A DNA stretch of 64,000 bases. It comes from Eledone cirrhosa (lineage: Eukaryota). How positions within the stretch are numbered: position 1 is the stretch's first letter; the number at the start of each line of letters is the position of its first letter. This document shows, in pieces, positions 41,810 to 55,070 of this stretch. The stretch lies in NCBI GenBank assembly GCA_964016885.1, contig OZ024740.1, positions 335,110,001 through 335,174,000 on the forward strand, read 5' to 3'. A program made the translations under genes and the position numbers. The notes beneath the pieces are model-generated. The model was not told where the DNA came from. It saw only the letters and a list, made by a program, of their open reading frames with translations, and made no database searches.

Positions 41810-42531
41810 ATATATATGTGTGTGTGTGTGTATGTATCTGTGTGGCTGTGCAGCGAAATTAATACAATGGTATGAAACGTAGACCCAAATAGCTGTATGA
41901 GTATATTGACTCTAACTCACCCCGGCTGCTTTCCCTGCATCCTACTTACTCTGCTCTGAAACACGAGACAAGAGTTTTTGGATGTGGCAGACAACCTGAT
42001 ATAATTGGCCGCAACAGCCACTTCATGCCACACATAGGAATGTAAAGCCACACCTCACCCATCAATACATTCACTCTGTTATAAAAAAACACCTCATAAC
42101 ATCTCCACACAGAAATTATATCAGTACAAACTTTGCCTTTTATAAATTATTATTCTTTTAAACCCAAATAATCCGATGAACTGAATGTTGTTTCAAATCT
42201 CCGAATGAGAAATATATAAATATACGTGTAATGCAGAGATATATTCGTTTTCTCTATTCTCTTTTTGTCGTTAAGGTAAGAATCACAATCACATATTTTT
42301 TCTCTCTCACACGAACCTGCTAAAACGGTACATATACTTTTCCTATCATCTGGCATAACAACAGTTCGTACATATATTTATGCGTATAAGTACAAACGAA
42401 AGCAAAGAGTAATGAATACACTATGCGGGCTGTGAACGATTTCAGTCATATACATATATGTATATATACGTGTGTGTGTGTGCGTATCTGTTTGTTTATA
42501 CGTATATATATATATATATATATGCATATAT

Positions 42532-42675
42532 ATGGTCGGGTCGTCGGCGACTAAACCGGCAACCCCACCAAGCTTGCTTGCTTGGTGAGGAGGGTGATAT
42601 TTGGACACCCAGCGGGATGAGAAACAAGACCCAGCAAAGGTCGGAGGAACTTAGCAGAGTCAACGGCCCTCCAAA
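42532..42675 (+). mobile_element. 5' fragment of a related RTE-like element
   Basis: atggtcgggtcgtcggcgactaaaccggcaaccccaccaag...gaggagggtga is homologous to the 5' part of the ~600 bp element. Confidence 0.65.
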
Positions 42676-43468
42676 TAGTATTTTTTTTTTTTTTGAGGGC
42701 TTGTCGTTGTATTTTCCGTGACAAACATTTACACATGATATGTGTCGTCAGTTCCAAAAAGTGTGGTTAGTCATACACAAGCCTTCACCACTTAAAATAA
42801 AACTTTGTGTTGGTAGGTCAACATCAGTACACGTTCTCATACTTAACGTTTGTTGGACACTCATATATATATATAACTATTTCAATCATATCTTATTTTG
42901 TTTGACCCGTTTAGCTTGTTCGCTTATTTGGCTATGGTGGTTAATGGCTTCTTAACCATTGTCTCAGTTTGTATGACCTGTTTAACTTATGTTTATTGCT
43001 CTGGTATCTTCTTCATATCCATGGAGCGCTTGTCTACACATTACGGAAGTTGCGTTCTACCCGCCGAAATGCGATTCTCGCTAAATTTATATTTATATAT
43101 ATATATATATATAGTAATAATAATAAATTTGAAGACTAAAATCCAAAGAGGGCTCGATAAGGATAAATATATATCAAATATATAAGAACTGTAGAGCAGA
43201 TATTTATTAAAATAACAGATTAAAGTTTAAGCAAAGAATCGGTGCTTTCACCCTTAACGGGATCTTCTGAAACTAACAAAGTCAATCTGTAAACGCAGAA
43301 GTGGATATTTCAAAAAACGTTGCAACCGGAGGAAGACAGGAAGACGATACTGTGGTTCGTGGAGACGTTCCCTCGCCAAGAACGGGAAAAAACGCATATA
43401 ATACGTCATTAAACTTTAATCTGTTATTTTAATATATATCTATATATATAAATGAATATATATATATA

Positions 43469-43664
<196 letters not shown>

Positions 43665-43833
43665 TTTATATATATAATTATATATATATATATCTACCTC
43701 CCTCTGCCTCTATCTTTACTTCAGCCCTTGAAAAAATTGTTTCTACATCATTCACTCTCATCCCAGGAACAGTTTTGGATAGCGCTAGTTCGTAATTTAA
43801 ATTCAAGAATTTTATATTCTTCGAACGAAAAGA

Positions 43834-43916
43834 ACCTTCTGACGAGAATCTTTCTTTGCAACGAAGGCCGTATGGTCTCCGTTTATTTTTGGGATTCGAA
43901 ACCGATCGGTAAAGGT
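43834..43916 (+). ncRNA. Type I hammerhead ribozyme, intact core
   Basis: ACCUU-CUGACGA-GAAUCUU..GGGAUUC-GAA-ACCGAUCGGU-A-AAGGU; stems I and II pair, stem III is palindromic, GUA cleavage site. Confidence 0.88.
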
Positions 43917-44318
43917 AACTATAGTAGGTAAAGTCAATTTTTTAAAATTTATTTTGAAACTTATTCATTATTTGCTAAACCTTGTTTATATATGTTCTGG
44001 CTCGTTAATTTATTAACCTGCCATTGAACCACATTGGCATTTGGTTGGACAATACATGCGTCCCTTAGCACCTTGTGCGTGAAGGAACACATATCCTATT
44101 ATTACTACTCTCCTCTACTGTTGAGAGACAAATTGGGTCGTTCCGACTGCTGCTAGTGATAGTTGCGGCCGGTTTGACCTACCTCCCTCCGCCTCTATCT
44201 TTACTTCGGCCCTTGAAAAAATTGTTTCTACATCATTCACTCTCATCCCAGGAACAGTTTTGGATAGCGCTAGTTCGTAATTTAAATTCAAGAATTTTAT
44301 ATTCTTCGAATGAAAAGA

Positions 44319-44401
44319 ACCTTCTAACGAGAATCTTTCTTTGCAACGAAGGCCGTATGGTCTCCGTTTATTTTTGGGATTCGAAACCGATCGGTAAAGG
44401 T
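44319..44401 (+). ncRNA. Second HHR copy with a CUGA>CUAA core mutation
   Basis: Same as 43834-43916 except the core reads CUAACGA. Confidence 0.75.
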
Positions 44402-44469
44402 AACTATAGTAGGTAAAGTCAATTTTTTTAAAATTTATTTTGAAACTTTTTCATTATTTGCTAAACCTT

Positions 44470-44551
<82 letters not shown>

Positions 44552-45772
44552 CTTGTTCAGGGTCCTTCTGTCTTAGGCCCTCTTAACAAAGATTGAACAG
44601 AGTCTTAGAAATACCACCAGAACATTTTCTTGTGGTTTGACATCATTTGTATTAACAGTGGCGTTGTTTTACGAATGGGATTTCTCATATTAACTCTCCT
44701 TGATGTTCGTAATTTCTATCATTTATTCAACGCCGAACATTTTCTGGGACAAAGTTGTATTCGATTTAATCTACAACTTGGCTGGAGCTTATTTATTGCT
44801 GAAGTCTATATGGGAAAAAAGCCAACCCTATTGGGATTAGAATTCCAAACGTAAACAAAAAAGCCTATCCAAATACAGGATAGCAATAACTGTCACTGCT
44901 GATTCTGCTACACCACTGCCTGTTTATAATAGTACTATTTTTAATTGTCTGGAACTTTTACAACTTCTTTAGGTTTCGTCGTAAACAGCGACTGACAATT
45001 TGGGTTGGCGTGGAACATTGGGAAATAGACTACATTAATAATTTACGATATCCAGTCCACTATTTCACTTTATTTAAATTTAGAATAGATTAGGCCAGAT
45101 GCCCTTTCAGAAAATATATGTGCGGGAGCGAAGTCCTATTTTGAGAGATTCCTCTCCGTGTATCTCTACAAAAATTGCAACTGAATACTTCTTAATGAAT
45201 TCCAATGCTATCCGAAAATAAATAAATAAAATTGTTTCCTTCAAATAATGTTCATATCATGGTGAGTTTAACTGCTAAATTCCATTGTATTAAGTGATCT
45301 CTCATCTTCATTTTCCCTTATCTTTACACCACTTTACGTAGTCATTTTTTTAATATATTTTAGTCTGAACTTCCACGCATTTTATAATGCTACTCTTATA
45401 GAAAACATTCTCTACACATATAACATTAGCTTTAAATAAATATTAAATATATTGATGGACATAAAAAAAATTTTCAGACAAAATTAGTTCCTTTTTAAAA
45501 GAAACGAAAATACATCCAGATCGATTCTTCTTCGAGTAATTCAGTGCCAAAATTGGTGCCAAAATGATATTAATGTGTCTGCAATGCGAAGAAATAGAAA
45601 AAAAATGCCGTAGTTTTTTCTACCTTTTTGTAGTAAGTTTTTATTATCTCTAGACAATTTCGTTTCACAGCGATGTTTACTTTATTACTACACTATAACA
45701 ACAATAATAATAATAATAATAATAATGATAATAATGATATTAATAATGATATTAATAATGATGATGGTGATG

Positions 45773-46340
45773 GTTTCTTTATTGGCCGCAAGGGCCGACA
45801 TATAGGGAACAATATATAAACAAGGACAGTGAGAATTTACATGAAATCGGGGAAAAAGAAGATACGAAAATCAAATAACAATGAAATTATAACACACAAA
45901 ATTCCCACAACAGGGATAGTACCACCCAGGGTTAAGCCCCACCAATACTAAACCACTCTACACTCCAAGATTCCCCTAAATGGATGCCACTCTCCTCCCC
46001 AAAATATCCAGCCTACAGACTAATGGTCAGAGTAAGCCCATTCACAAAGGCCATCCTCACTACACTCACATATTTTAACAAACGTTCTAGGGTCAGCAAT
46101 TCCCTCACCTTTTCAAAGTGGAGCTTGAAGAAGTTAATGAAATCTTCGCCGAAGCTGTCTGCCTTCAGAACTTTCAGCCGTGTCCACTACACAGCCTCTT
46201 TCAATATAGCCACCAGGCAGAGAACAAATGTCTGCGTTTCCCGGCCAAAAGAAGGATGCGGGCAATCTTCACGGTGGACTCGGTTGATAGCCGGATACGT
46301 GCTAGGTGTTCCGCAAAACTCCACAGGTCAGTAATGTATC
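45773..46340 (-). mobile_element. Decayed 3' end of a related L1/Tx1-like LINE
   Basis: Minus-strand peptide VWWTRLKVLKADSFGEDFINFFKLH; terminus cccttgcggccaataaagaaa. Confidence 0.65.
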
Positions 46341-47689
46341 GACGAGAGAGCTGGGAAGCGATATGGAGTTGTCTTCGGTAAAATATATCGCTGCTTAATA
46401 TCCGAGGACGTCAATATAATGGTAAAAAAAGCTACATGGTCACTCGATCCCACACTGTCACCATAAATAAAGGATGTATTCAATATGATATACAAAACAT
46501 GATATGTTCATGACGGGAACATCGTTCATCATAGATATCAGAGCTGATCTGTATCAGAACAATAACCAAGTTTATTACGAGCCGACAGGAGATAGTCTTT
46601 GCCTAATAGCGTGGCATGCTAAAAATTGTAAGCAAATATCTGTCAAATAAACCGCTAGCATCATAAATTAGGAAACTTCATATTGCATAATGTAGCCTTT
46701 GCATAAAAAAGGCAGGAAAATATACTTGTTATATCAATGTTGGGAATTTCTGACCCAAGACGAATTTTACCTAGTATGTCAGGTTATCTGAGATGTCTGG
46801 TCTAATAACGACTCAACTCCGTTTCTCAACTCATTCTACTCTATTCCTCCTATCACACACGTGGTTTGTAGCACATTGACCCTGTAGTAAACAATACATC
46901 TAATATTTCTTCTCCACAACAGCAGCCTTCTTCAACTACATATCCATGTCTATCCTACGGGAGTCAAATTGATGCACTTTAAAACGAACATTAATGATAT
47001 CAGTTATTTCGGTCTCAGAGAAGTTGAGAAGACAATAAGCAGACCTAGCGTATATAAGTTAGATCATAACACATCACACCTGTAACTACCTTCCACTCCT
47101 ATATTTTACTCATGAATGTGTCCGTGAGTATCTTTGGTGTTGAAATTGGCACGATTCCTTCCACGCTCATTTAGCTATTGGTACACTATACGTGCGGGTT
47201 TTGAAATAGATGAATATTCTACAAATTTCAGATTACCTCCTCCTCAATTGGCCCACTACTCCCTTTTCCAGCCGGCTGTTCATCATGTTCATCAGTTCTA
47301 CGTTTGAGAAACTAAGCATGGTAAATCTCAGGCATTCTCGGAGGCAGAGGGTTCCTTTATTTCATTTGATTTGGCAGTTTAAATAAATCCCTGCTATCAA
47401 CATATCCACATTCATATCCACACCATAGTTCAGTGCTCGGGTAAGCTACATCTTGTCCCCATTCATTATCTCAAGTCATCCGGGAATAGATAATATATTT
47501 CCGGTTCTCAATGAAGCGACCGTTGTTTGTCTGAAAACAATAGTTTTTCTAGCTTACTGTTGTCTTTGTCATCTCTTTTCAAATAAAATCTTCAACAAAA
47601 TCGTAGTAGTAATTTAATGTTCAACATGGCCTTTCCTACTATTAAGAAGATTAGTACCAAAATGCATATGGTTTTCATGTATGTATATA

Positions 47690-47980
47690 TATGATGGCTG
47701 CCCCCTCGTTATCGAGTATGGCCATTGCATGATATACCATTATTAGTAATTATTAATTAATTCCATCGTGCAATGCCTGTGCGCAAAGATTTCTTTAAAG
47801 TGAAGAAAGACTGTGTATGAGCCAATCCTACTCTCTGAGCGACAGTAGTTTTAACCCGAAAAGAAGTAAAGATCAACATCATCGGTAACTACTGGGCCGT
47901 AGGTTTTATGTCGGATTATCCCAGGTCTCTGAGTTGTCTTCTCCTAGAAGAATGCCCTGACAAAGGATAGAGGTCCTTCC
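47690..47980 (-). mobile_element. 3' portion of a related RTE-like element; a short identical terminus is also at 33675-33714
   Basis: atgatggctgcccccctcgttatcgagtatggccattgca is shared by both sites; the rest is similar to the ~600 bp element. Confidence 0.6.
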
Positions 47981-48018
<38 letters not shown>

Positions 48019-48258
48019 ATATATATATATATATATAAGATTTGTTTTCTCACATACCCCTCTCTCTGTTTTCTACTCCTCAATTCGTTCCATATTTTCC
48101 CCACTATTTCTTGCCAGACTTCGTCCCTCTAACGTGATGTCATTGATTAGGCCTTTAAACCTCGAGTTCAAGTAAGCGACGGTCATGCATTATTTTTTCT
48201 CATCGACGAAGTCAATTTTTTCCTGCTACTGGCGTCTCGTTTTGAAAACATACATTTG

Positions 48259-48736
48259 CCGATAAAAAAATGTTAAGTGACATAGTCAATTCTTTAGAAA
48301 CGATATCGCAAGGTCTTCAAAATGTTTTAATTAAACATACGGTATATTGCTAAATATACTATACATACATACATGTACATACATGTATACATCGCTATTT
48401 CAGAGCACCAATCCTCATTTTTAATTTTTGCTGGACCGGCAATCGCTCTGTATAATCAGTTCATGATTATTAATGGAATTCTATAAGAATCCAGTCTCTA
48501 TGATGTTCGGCAAAGGCGGGGAGTACGATGCTCTGAGGTTCGCCAACAGCGTGAAACATAATCTGTCAGCTTCTCTCCCTTCTTTTGCCGAAAAAAGAAG
48601 TAAGTGACATAGTCACTACTTTAAAAATGATGGCGCAAGGTCTTCAAAATGTTTTTTATTAAACATATAGTATATTGCCAAATATACTATACATACATTC
48701 ATGTATACATCGCTATTTCAGAACACCAATCCTAAT
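48259..48736 (+). mobile_element. Family F partial direct tandem
   Basis: 48259-48417 is repeated at ~48587-48736; homologous to 12703-13160. Confidence 0.78.
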
Positions 48737-48809
48737 TTATATATATATATATATATATAAAATAAAGTTACATAAAAAGTCAAATGTTTAAAATTTAGCT
48801 TCGTTTATA

Positions 48810-48864
48810 ACTGCTATATATATTTCAGTGACAGCCATCTTTGGCTGTGACCTCTTCAGGCAGT
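48810..48864 (-). ncRNA. Minimal type I HHR (family E), left arm
   Basis: Reverse complement ACUGC-CUGAAGA-GGUCACAGCCA-AAGA-UGGCUGUCACU-GAAA-UAUAUA-UA-GCAGU. Confidence 0.82.
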
Positions 48865-49215
48865 CCGAATTAGTGTGGTATAGACAAGTACATATGTTGT
48901 TGAGGTGTATAATTTTGTCAATACCCTGATATGCCCAGTTCCTGGTTGGGTTGTTATTTCACTCAGGAACTGGAATGTGTTACTCAGTTGGGATTTAGTG
49001 GTTTGACTGATAACATCAAAGATGTTATTTTGTTTCAACCCACATTCGTATATCCCAGGAGCCAACGAATGTTTCATTTACTGTTACGTTTTCTCTTTTT
49101 ATTATTTTATTTCCTCAGTAAAATAACAACCCAACCAGGAACTGGGCATATCAGAGTATTGACAAAATTATACACCTCAACAACATATGTACTTGTCTAT
49201 ACCACACTAATTCGG

Positions 49216-49270
49216 ACTACCTGAAGAGGTCACAGCCAAAGATGGCTGTCACTGAAATATACATAGCAGT
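49216..49270 (+). ncRNA. Minimal type I HHR (family E), right arm
   Basis: Inverted copy of 48810-48864 with substitutions in stems I and III. Confidence 0.75.
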
Positions 49271-49481
49271 AATAAACGAAGCTAAATTTTAAACATTTGA
49301 CATTTTATTTAACTTTATTTTGCATTACTCCGGAGTAACCAAACCAACCTGCGCACTTCGTCGAGTGCTCCGGCCTGCACACTGAGGTGTTGGTATACAA
49401 CCAACATATACTAAAAAAAAAAAAAATACCTTCTTACCCGGAGATTTACCCATTTGCATTGTCGAGGCTTCCAAACGACTT

Positions 49482-49515
<34 letters not shown>

Positions 49516-49535
49516 TATATATATATATATATATA

Positions 49536-49579
<44 letters not shown>

Positions 49580-49700
49580 TATATATATATTAATATATAT
49601 ATATTAATATATATATATATATTAATATATATATATATATATTAATATATATATATATATATTAATATATATATATATATATATATTTAATATGACACCC

Positions 49701-49752
49701 GGCTTTCCTGATGAATTCTTTCGAATGAAACAGTTCTAGTCTTGTAGAAGCC
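49701..49752 (+). ncRNA. Type I HHR, intact core (family B)
   Basis: GGCUUUC-CUGAUGA-AUUC-UUUC-GAAU-GAAA-CAG..UUG-UA-GAAGCC. Confidence 0.85.
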
Positions 49753-50302
49753 ATTTCTATATTAAATATTTATTCTCTGCTATGTACCTTATTTATTGTG
49801 GTTACCCTCGATCGAACCCGAGATAAACATATATATATATATATATATAAATTTGTTCCATTTTTATCCTCAACTTTTTTCTTATTTCTCCCAATATCTC
49901 TAATATGACTTCGTTCTCCTTACGGGAGGCCATTAATTTGGCCTTATACCCTGGAGCTCTAGTAAGTGAGAGTCAAGGTATTTTAATTTTCATCCACAAA
50001 AATCAATTTTTCCCTGCTACTGCGATCTCGTTTTGCACAAATACATGCACTGTCAGTTGTCCATTTATTTCTAGTCATATATTTTTACATCTTTATCTCA
50101 TCGTTTGTCAAAAGTAAACTGTAAATTCTCTTCTCCGTTCTTTCTTTGTAGTCTCAGATGTATCTTTCCAACAGAGCACTCGTCCGATCTGCAGCGCGAA
50201 CACTGGCTATGCAACTATAATTTGGTTTGTGTAACTGTGTCCATTTTCTATTAACATTGTATATATATATGCATGTATATTAAATATATATATGTTAAAT
50301 AT

Positions 50303-50384
<82 letters not shown>

Positions 50385-51145
50385 ATATGCATATATACAT
50401 GTCTACTATTTTCTCCGAATATGTAATTATAATTCCCAAGATGATAATAATAGGCATTGCCGTATTATATTCAGTGTTCGAAGAGTGATTGTTTACTTCG
50501 TCAAAAGAGATGTTTTGCTCAGTTGGGATTTAGTGGTTTTGACTGATAGCATCAAAGATGTTATTTTGTTTCAACCCACATTCGTAAATCCCAGGAGCCA
50601 ACGAATGTTTCATTTACTGTTACGTTTTCTCTTTTATTATTTTATTTACTGTGGTAGAAATTACAGAGGTTACTTGTATCTAACTTGTAACCGATATTTG
50701 ACTGTTTCGTCTGATGGAATACGTATTACAACATTGACTGGTGTTCATAGCGAAATAGTTTTTCATGCATACTTTACTGGAAAGTAATTATAATATTGGT
50801 GTTATACCGCCAAATATTTTGGGAATGCCAAAGATAACGGTGCAAGCAATTTGAAGAGGAAATTGTCATATATCTAAGTATAACCTTCGCGTCATAGCTT
50901 GACGGTATCGTGGATATAGTGATTTATAATATATAATAGTGCAAATATATATGGACGGCCAATCTATTTTAGTAAGCAAATAACTATTTAAAAGCATGTT
51001 TATAGTTTAATATGTTTCAAACACATTCAGTATTAATGATAAACAATATTAATTCGAAATGATTTTGGCGATAGATGGGCTTTACTTGTTAATAGTTTCA
51101 ATGGTTGGTTCAGTCATTCCTATATTCATTCCTGTACTCATTATT

Positions 51146-51580
51146 ATTGAAAGGGCTGAAGACGAGCACTTACCTCTTCGGTGATGACCTGATTAACCTT
51201 TTCAAATTTCATTTGAAAAGGAAAATCAGAGTAGAGAGGGAAGTGCTCTCTTCCCAGCATTTTGTTGAAAGATGGGTGAGAGAAGCAAGAATGGCCCGAG
51301 TGAATGGGCCTACTCTGAGTACGTATCTATAAATTAAAGGTGGAAAACTGGGAGAGGGCACTTGCATTGGTGGTCAGGGTCACTGTGGCCTTTTACTGGG
51401 CTTTCTCCACAAATGTCCCTCCGAAGTCCCCCCCCCTATTGGGGAATTTTTCATTGTTATTTTTTTGTTACATCCTCTGTTTTTGATTTTACACGCAGAA
51501 ATGCCCATTTGTACGTACTGTATTGTCCTGCACTGTCCTTAATGTCTACTTTATGTAAACCCTTGTGGTTAATAAAGAAA
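51146..51580 (+). mobile_element. 3' end of an L1/Tx1-like LINE with (ATT)n tail
   Basis: LKGLKTSTYLFGDDLINLFKFHLKRKIRVEREVL..RWVREARM; ends ccttgtggttaataaagaa + (TTA)n. Confidence 0.7.
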
Positions 51581-51677
51581 TTATTATTATTATTATTGTT
51601 ATTCTTTGAATCTCAGTCATTGATGTTGGTTAACTGGAAAGTCCGTTGGATTGAATATCAAGCCACTACCTGCAGCC

Positions 51678-54600
51678 TCAGATATTCAGGACGTATCGGA
51701 GGGTTCTTGCCGTTCCAAGCAAGCATGCCTTTTGAAGCGTTCCAAAAAGCGTGAAGGGGCCGATTTTCTTTAACCATCCCTGGAAACCTTTGGAGATAGT
51801 CCCCAGTGCGCCTATGACAATCGGGATCACTTTGACTTCATGGCAGTTCCAAATCCTTTTCACCTCCCACTTTAGGTCCTGGTATCGGTTAATTTTCTCC
51901 CTCTCCTTCTCTTGCACTCTCGTGTCGAACGGGCAGGCCACATCCACAATCAGGCACGATCTTTTTTCTTTGTCCACATCCACTAGGTCAGGTCTATTGT
52001 GTTCCAGTTTTTTGTCCGTCTGTATCCTAAAATCCCACAGCACCTTCACCTGACTGTTCTCCATCACCGCCTCTGGCCTATGCTCATACCATTTCTCAGA
52101 ATGTGGTAGATTGTTTACTTTGCACAGGTGCCAGTGGATCACCCTGCCCATCACATCGTGTCTCCAGCCCTTATAGTGGGTCTGGGCTAGGTGTTTACAC
52201 TCGGACACAATGTGAGCCACAGTCTCCTCTCTCTCTCCACAGATCCTGCACAGTGGGCTAGCCTCCTCCTTGTAGATATGGTGCTTCAACCACTTCGTTT
52301 TGAGGGCCTGCTCCTGTGCAGCCATTAGCATTCCTTCTGTAGCCTTTTTGAGGTCTCCTCTTCTCAACCAGTTCCATGTCTGTGGATCTCTAAATTCAGT
52401 TTTCTCAAAGAAGGTACTATGAAGGGATTTTCCCTTAAGGCTGCTCTTCCTCCTTGATGTTATTTCCTCCTTGGGTATCCCCTGGCCTACTGTCCCCTCC
52501 TTCAGTACAGCTCTGAGCATTGGCTCCTTACTATAGGTCACGTATTTGTATAGGTTGTTTTTCTCCATCTGAACACAGTCCTCTATGCTGATAAGACCTC
52601 TTCCACCCTCAGATCTCCTTAGGTAGAGTCTATCGACATCACTCCTCTTGTGGAACATGTTGTAGATAGTCAATAGCTTCCTAGTCTTCCTATCCATTTC
52701 TTTTTGTTCACCAACATTCCATCTCAGAATTCCCGCACTGTACCTAATAATAGACACAGCTCGGGAATTTATTGCGCTTATGGCATTTCTGCTGTTCAGA
52801 TGTGACTTCAATACGCTCCTTACTCTCCGAATGTATTCAGTTCTTAACAATTCCTTCATTTTTTTGTTCTTTATGCCATCTGCCTCCAGAACGCCCAAAT
52901 ACTTGTATCCTTCCTCAGAGTCAATTTCCTTTATCATCTCACCTGTTGGTATCTGGATCCCGTTACTTCTGCTCAACCTACCCCTCCTCATCACAATGAC
53001 TCCACATTTACCAATACCAAACTGCATACATATATCACTGCTGAAAATACGGACAGTGTCAACAAGCACATCCAACTCCTTCTCACTTTTCCCGAAGAGC
53101 TTAAGATCGTCCATGAAGAGGAGGTGATTGATGGTAAGCTCTCCCCTTCCCAACTTGTATCCTGCTCTCACTTTTCGCAGCATAATGGTCAAGGGCATCA
53201 GGGCAAGGACAAACAACAGAGGGGACAGGCTATCTCCCTGGAAGATACCTCTCTTGATCTTCACGCTTCCCAAGGATACTCCAGTTGATGTCAACTCTGT
53301 CTCCCAGGACCCCATACTCCTGCCCAGCAACTGTCTGATGTTATCTGCCACCCTGAAGATCTCCAGGCTTTTGGTGATCCAGGAATGAGGCACCATGTCA
53401 AATGCCTTTCTGTAGTCTATCCATCCCATGGCAAGGTCAGTGTGTCTCCTCCTGCAATTCCCCATTACCATCTTATCAATAAGCAACTGGTCCTTTGTAC
53501 CACGTGACTTCTTTCGGCATCCTTTCTGTTCGTCCGGCAACAAGTTGTTTGTGTGGAGGTGATGGTAGATTTCCTCAGACACAATGCTCGTCAACAGTTT
53601 CCACATTACGGGCAGACATGTGATAGGTCTATAGTTGGTAACATCATTACCCTTGATTCGGTCTTTCATTATCAGAACTGTGGTACCTTTTGTCAACCAC
53701 TCTGGCACCTCACCCGACACCAAGCAGTCATTGAACATGGCCGTCAGCTTCGGGTGGAGGGATGTTAAATGTTTAATCCAATACCCCTGCACACCATCTG
53801 GGCCTGGTGATTTCCAGTTGGTTAGTTTTTTGGCTTGCCCCTTAAGAGTTTCAACTGTGATACTCAAATCAGTCTGTTGCTGTGCCTGCTCACCGATCTC
53901 CCTCTGTACTGTCTCAATCCACCCTGCCTGGGCATTGTGCCTAACATCCTGCTCCCATATTCCTCTCCAGAATGTTTTAGCTTGTTCCGCCCCAGGGATC
54001 AAGTCGTTGCCTCTTTCTTTGCCCTCAAGCTGTCCAAACAGCATCTTCTGGTTGTTGTCGAACATGCGGTTCTGTTTATACTCACTGACTCTGTTCTCGT
54101 ATCGCCTGATTTTGGCACTCTTTGCTACAATGCGTTGCTTCAATTCCTCTATGATAATATTTAGCTTTTTACTCCTAGTTTTGTATTTTATTTCCAGTCT
54201 ATTTTTAGTGCCTATGTTTTTTAGTGTCCCATTCAGTAGTGACTCAAGCTTTCCTATGTCATTTCTCATTTCCCCGATTTGCCCACTCAGTCGCTTCTTC
54301 CACCACGGCTCTGCTCTTTCTTGTCTGTTGTTTCCTCTCGCTTTTATACCAAGTAGTTTCCTCACCGTATTTGCTGTTGCTTTGAGGATATTGTTGCACT
54401 GGTGAAGACTCCTCGCCTCAAGGTATGGGATGACTTTGTTTACCTTAGCTGTTGTTTCTTTTAACTTTTTCCTGTCTACAAATCTTAGGTTCATAGGTCT
54501 CCCACTATCATTGTTCAACTCATCTACCACTAAATTTAGGATGTCAACCGAATCTTGTCCTAGCCCGTCAGCATTCATCCCCTCAGTGGCCGTATCTCTG

Positions 54601-55070
54601 TTCCAGGTATTATTTATCTCAGTATTCAGATCATTGTCTGCTTCGGGTGGTTCCTCCGTTCTCAGGACCTCCTCACCTTCATTTCCCGCCGGCTCGCTTG
54701 TCTGGCATACTACACCCGCCATCTCCAAGCCATTCTCTCTGCTCAGTTCCTCCAGTTCCAGCTCGCTTATCCACCCATTAGTTCTTATTACCCGAGCCTG
54801 CCCGGCCAATTTTTGTTCATCTAATTTAAATAAACCAATCTCGTTCCAGATGTTATGCATCCGTCTCCTGTAGCCCCTCTCCTTGGGGTTACTTTTCAGG
54901 TAGCATTGCATAACAGTTCTATTCAATTCTTTCGTCCAGTTGGTTCTGGCCCCTTTCCTTCTTCTTCTTCCTCCAACATCAGCAGTATTTGGTTGACAGT
55001 CAGGTTCCTGCTGCTGAGCCAGGGGGCACCTGTTGGGTGAGAGTCTGTCACATGACGTTCTAGTCTCCAT
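51678..55070 (-). CDS. Intact single ORF of an R4/Dong-like non-LTR retrotransposon (RT + CCHC + restriction-like endonuclease), 1130 aa
   Basis: N-terminal WTKELN..MQCY..GYRRRMHNIW; RT motifs KSPGPDG, NYRPITCL, DYRKAFD, GIFQGDSLSP, FMDDLK; zinc knuckle CRIC..ETVAHIVSEC; RHD; RLE HNRPD..DVACP..KINRY. Confidence 0.96.
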   Translation of the reverse strand: METRTSCDRLSPNRCPLAQQQEPDCQPNTADVGGRRRRKGARTNWTKELNRTVMQCYLKSNPKERGYRRRMHNIWNEIGLFKLDEQKLAGQARVIRTNGWISELELEELSRENGLEMAGVVCQTSEPAGNEGEEVLRTEEPPEADNDLNTEINNTWNRDTATEGMNADGLGQDSVDILNLVVDELNNDSGRPMNLRFVDRKKLKETTAKVNKVIPYLEARSLHQCNNILKATANTVRKLLGIKARGNNRQERAEPWWKKRLSGQIGEMRNDIGKLESLLNGTLKNIGTKNRLEIKYKTRSKKLNIIIEELKQRIVAKSAKIRRYENRVSEYKQNRMFDNNQKMLFGQLEGKERGNDLIPGAEQAKTFWRGIWEQDVRHNAQAGWIETVQREIGEQAQQQTDLSITVETLKGQAKKLTNWKSPGPDGVQGYWIKHLTSLHPKLTAMFNDCLVSGEVPEWLTKGTTVLIMKDRIKGNDVTNYRPITCLPVMWKLLTSIVSEEIYHHLHTNNLLPDEQKGCRKKSRGTKDQLLIDKMVMGNCRRRHTDLAMGWIDYRKAFDMVPHSWITKSLEIFRVADNIRQLLGRSMGSWETELTSTGVSLGSVKIKRGIFQGDSLSPLLFVLALMPLTIMLRKVRAGYKLGRGELTINHLLFMDDLKLFGKSEKELDVLVDTVRIFSSDICMQFGIGKCGVIVMRRGRLSRSNGIQIPTGEMIKEIDSEEGYKYLGVLEADGIKNKKMKELLRTEYIRRVRSVLKSHLNSRNAISAINSRAVSIIRYSAGILRWNVGEQKEMDRKTRKLLTIYNMFHKRSDVDRLYLRRSEGGRGLISIEDCVQMEKNNLYKYVTYSKEPMLRAVLKEGTVGQGIPKEEITSRRKSSLKGKSLHSTFFEKTEFRDPQTWNWLRRGDLKKATEGMLMAAQEQALKTKWLKHHIYKEEASPLCRICGEREETVAHIVSECKHLAQTHYKGWRHDVMGRVIHWHLCKVNNLPHSEKWYEHRPEAVMENSQVKVLWDFRIQTDKKLEHNRPDLVDVDKEKRSCLIVDVACPFDTRVQEKEREKINRYQDLKWEVKRIWNCHEVKVIPIVIGALGTISKGFQGWLKKIGPFTLFGTLQKACLLGTARTLRYVLNI

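Larger units (their letters stand above)
43694..44476 (+). mobile_element. HHR-bearing partial tandem (period 485 bp) in (TA)n
   Basis: 43694-43992 is repeated at 44179-44476; one HHR per copy. Confidence 0.82.
48759..49485 (+). mobile_element. PLE-like palindrome + tail (family E)
   Basis: ~210-bp arms 48759-48969 and 49111-49321 each carry an HHR; spacer recurs at 50517-50646; diverged relative at ~5675-5830. Confidence 0.8.

Noticed and set aside
51751-55040. Plus-strand ORFs up to 256 aa
   Set aside because: Antisense shadows of the LINE ORF with no recognisable domains.
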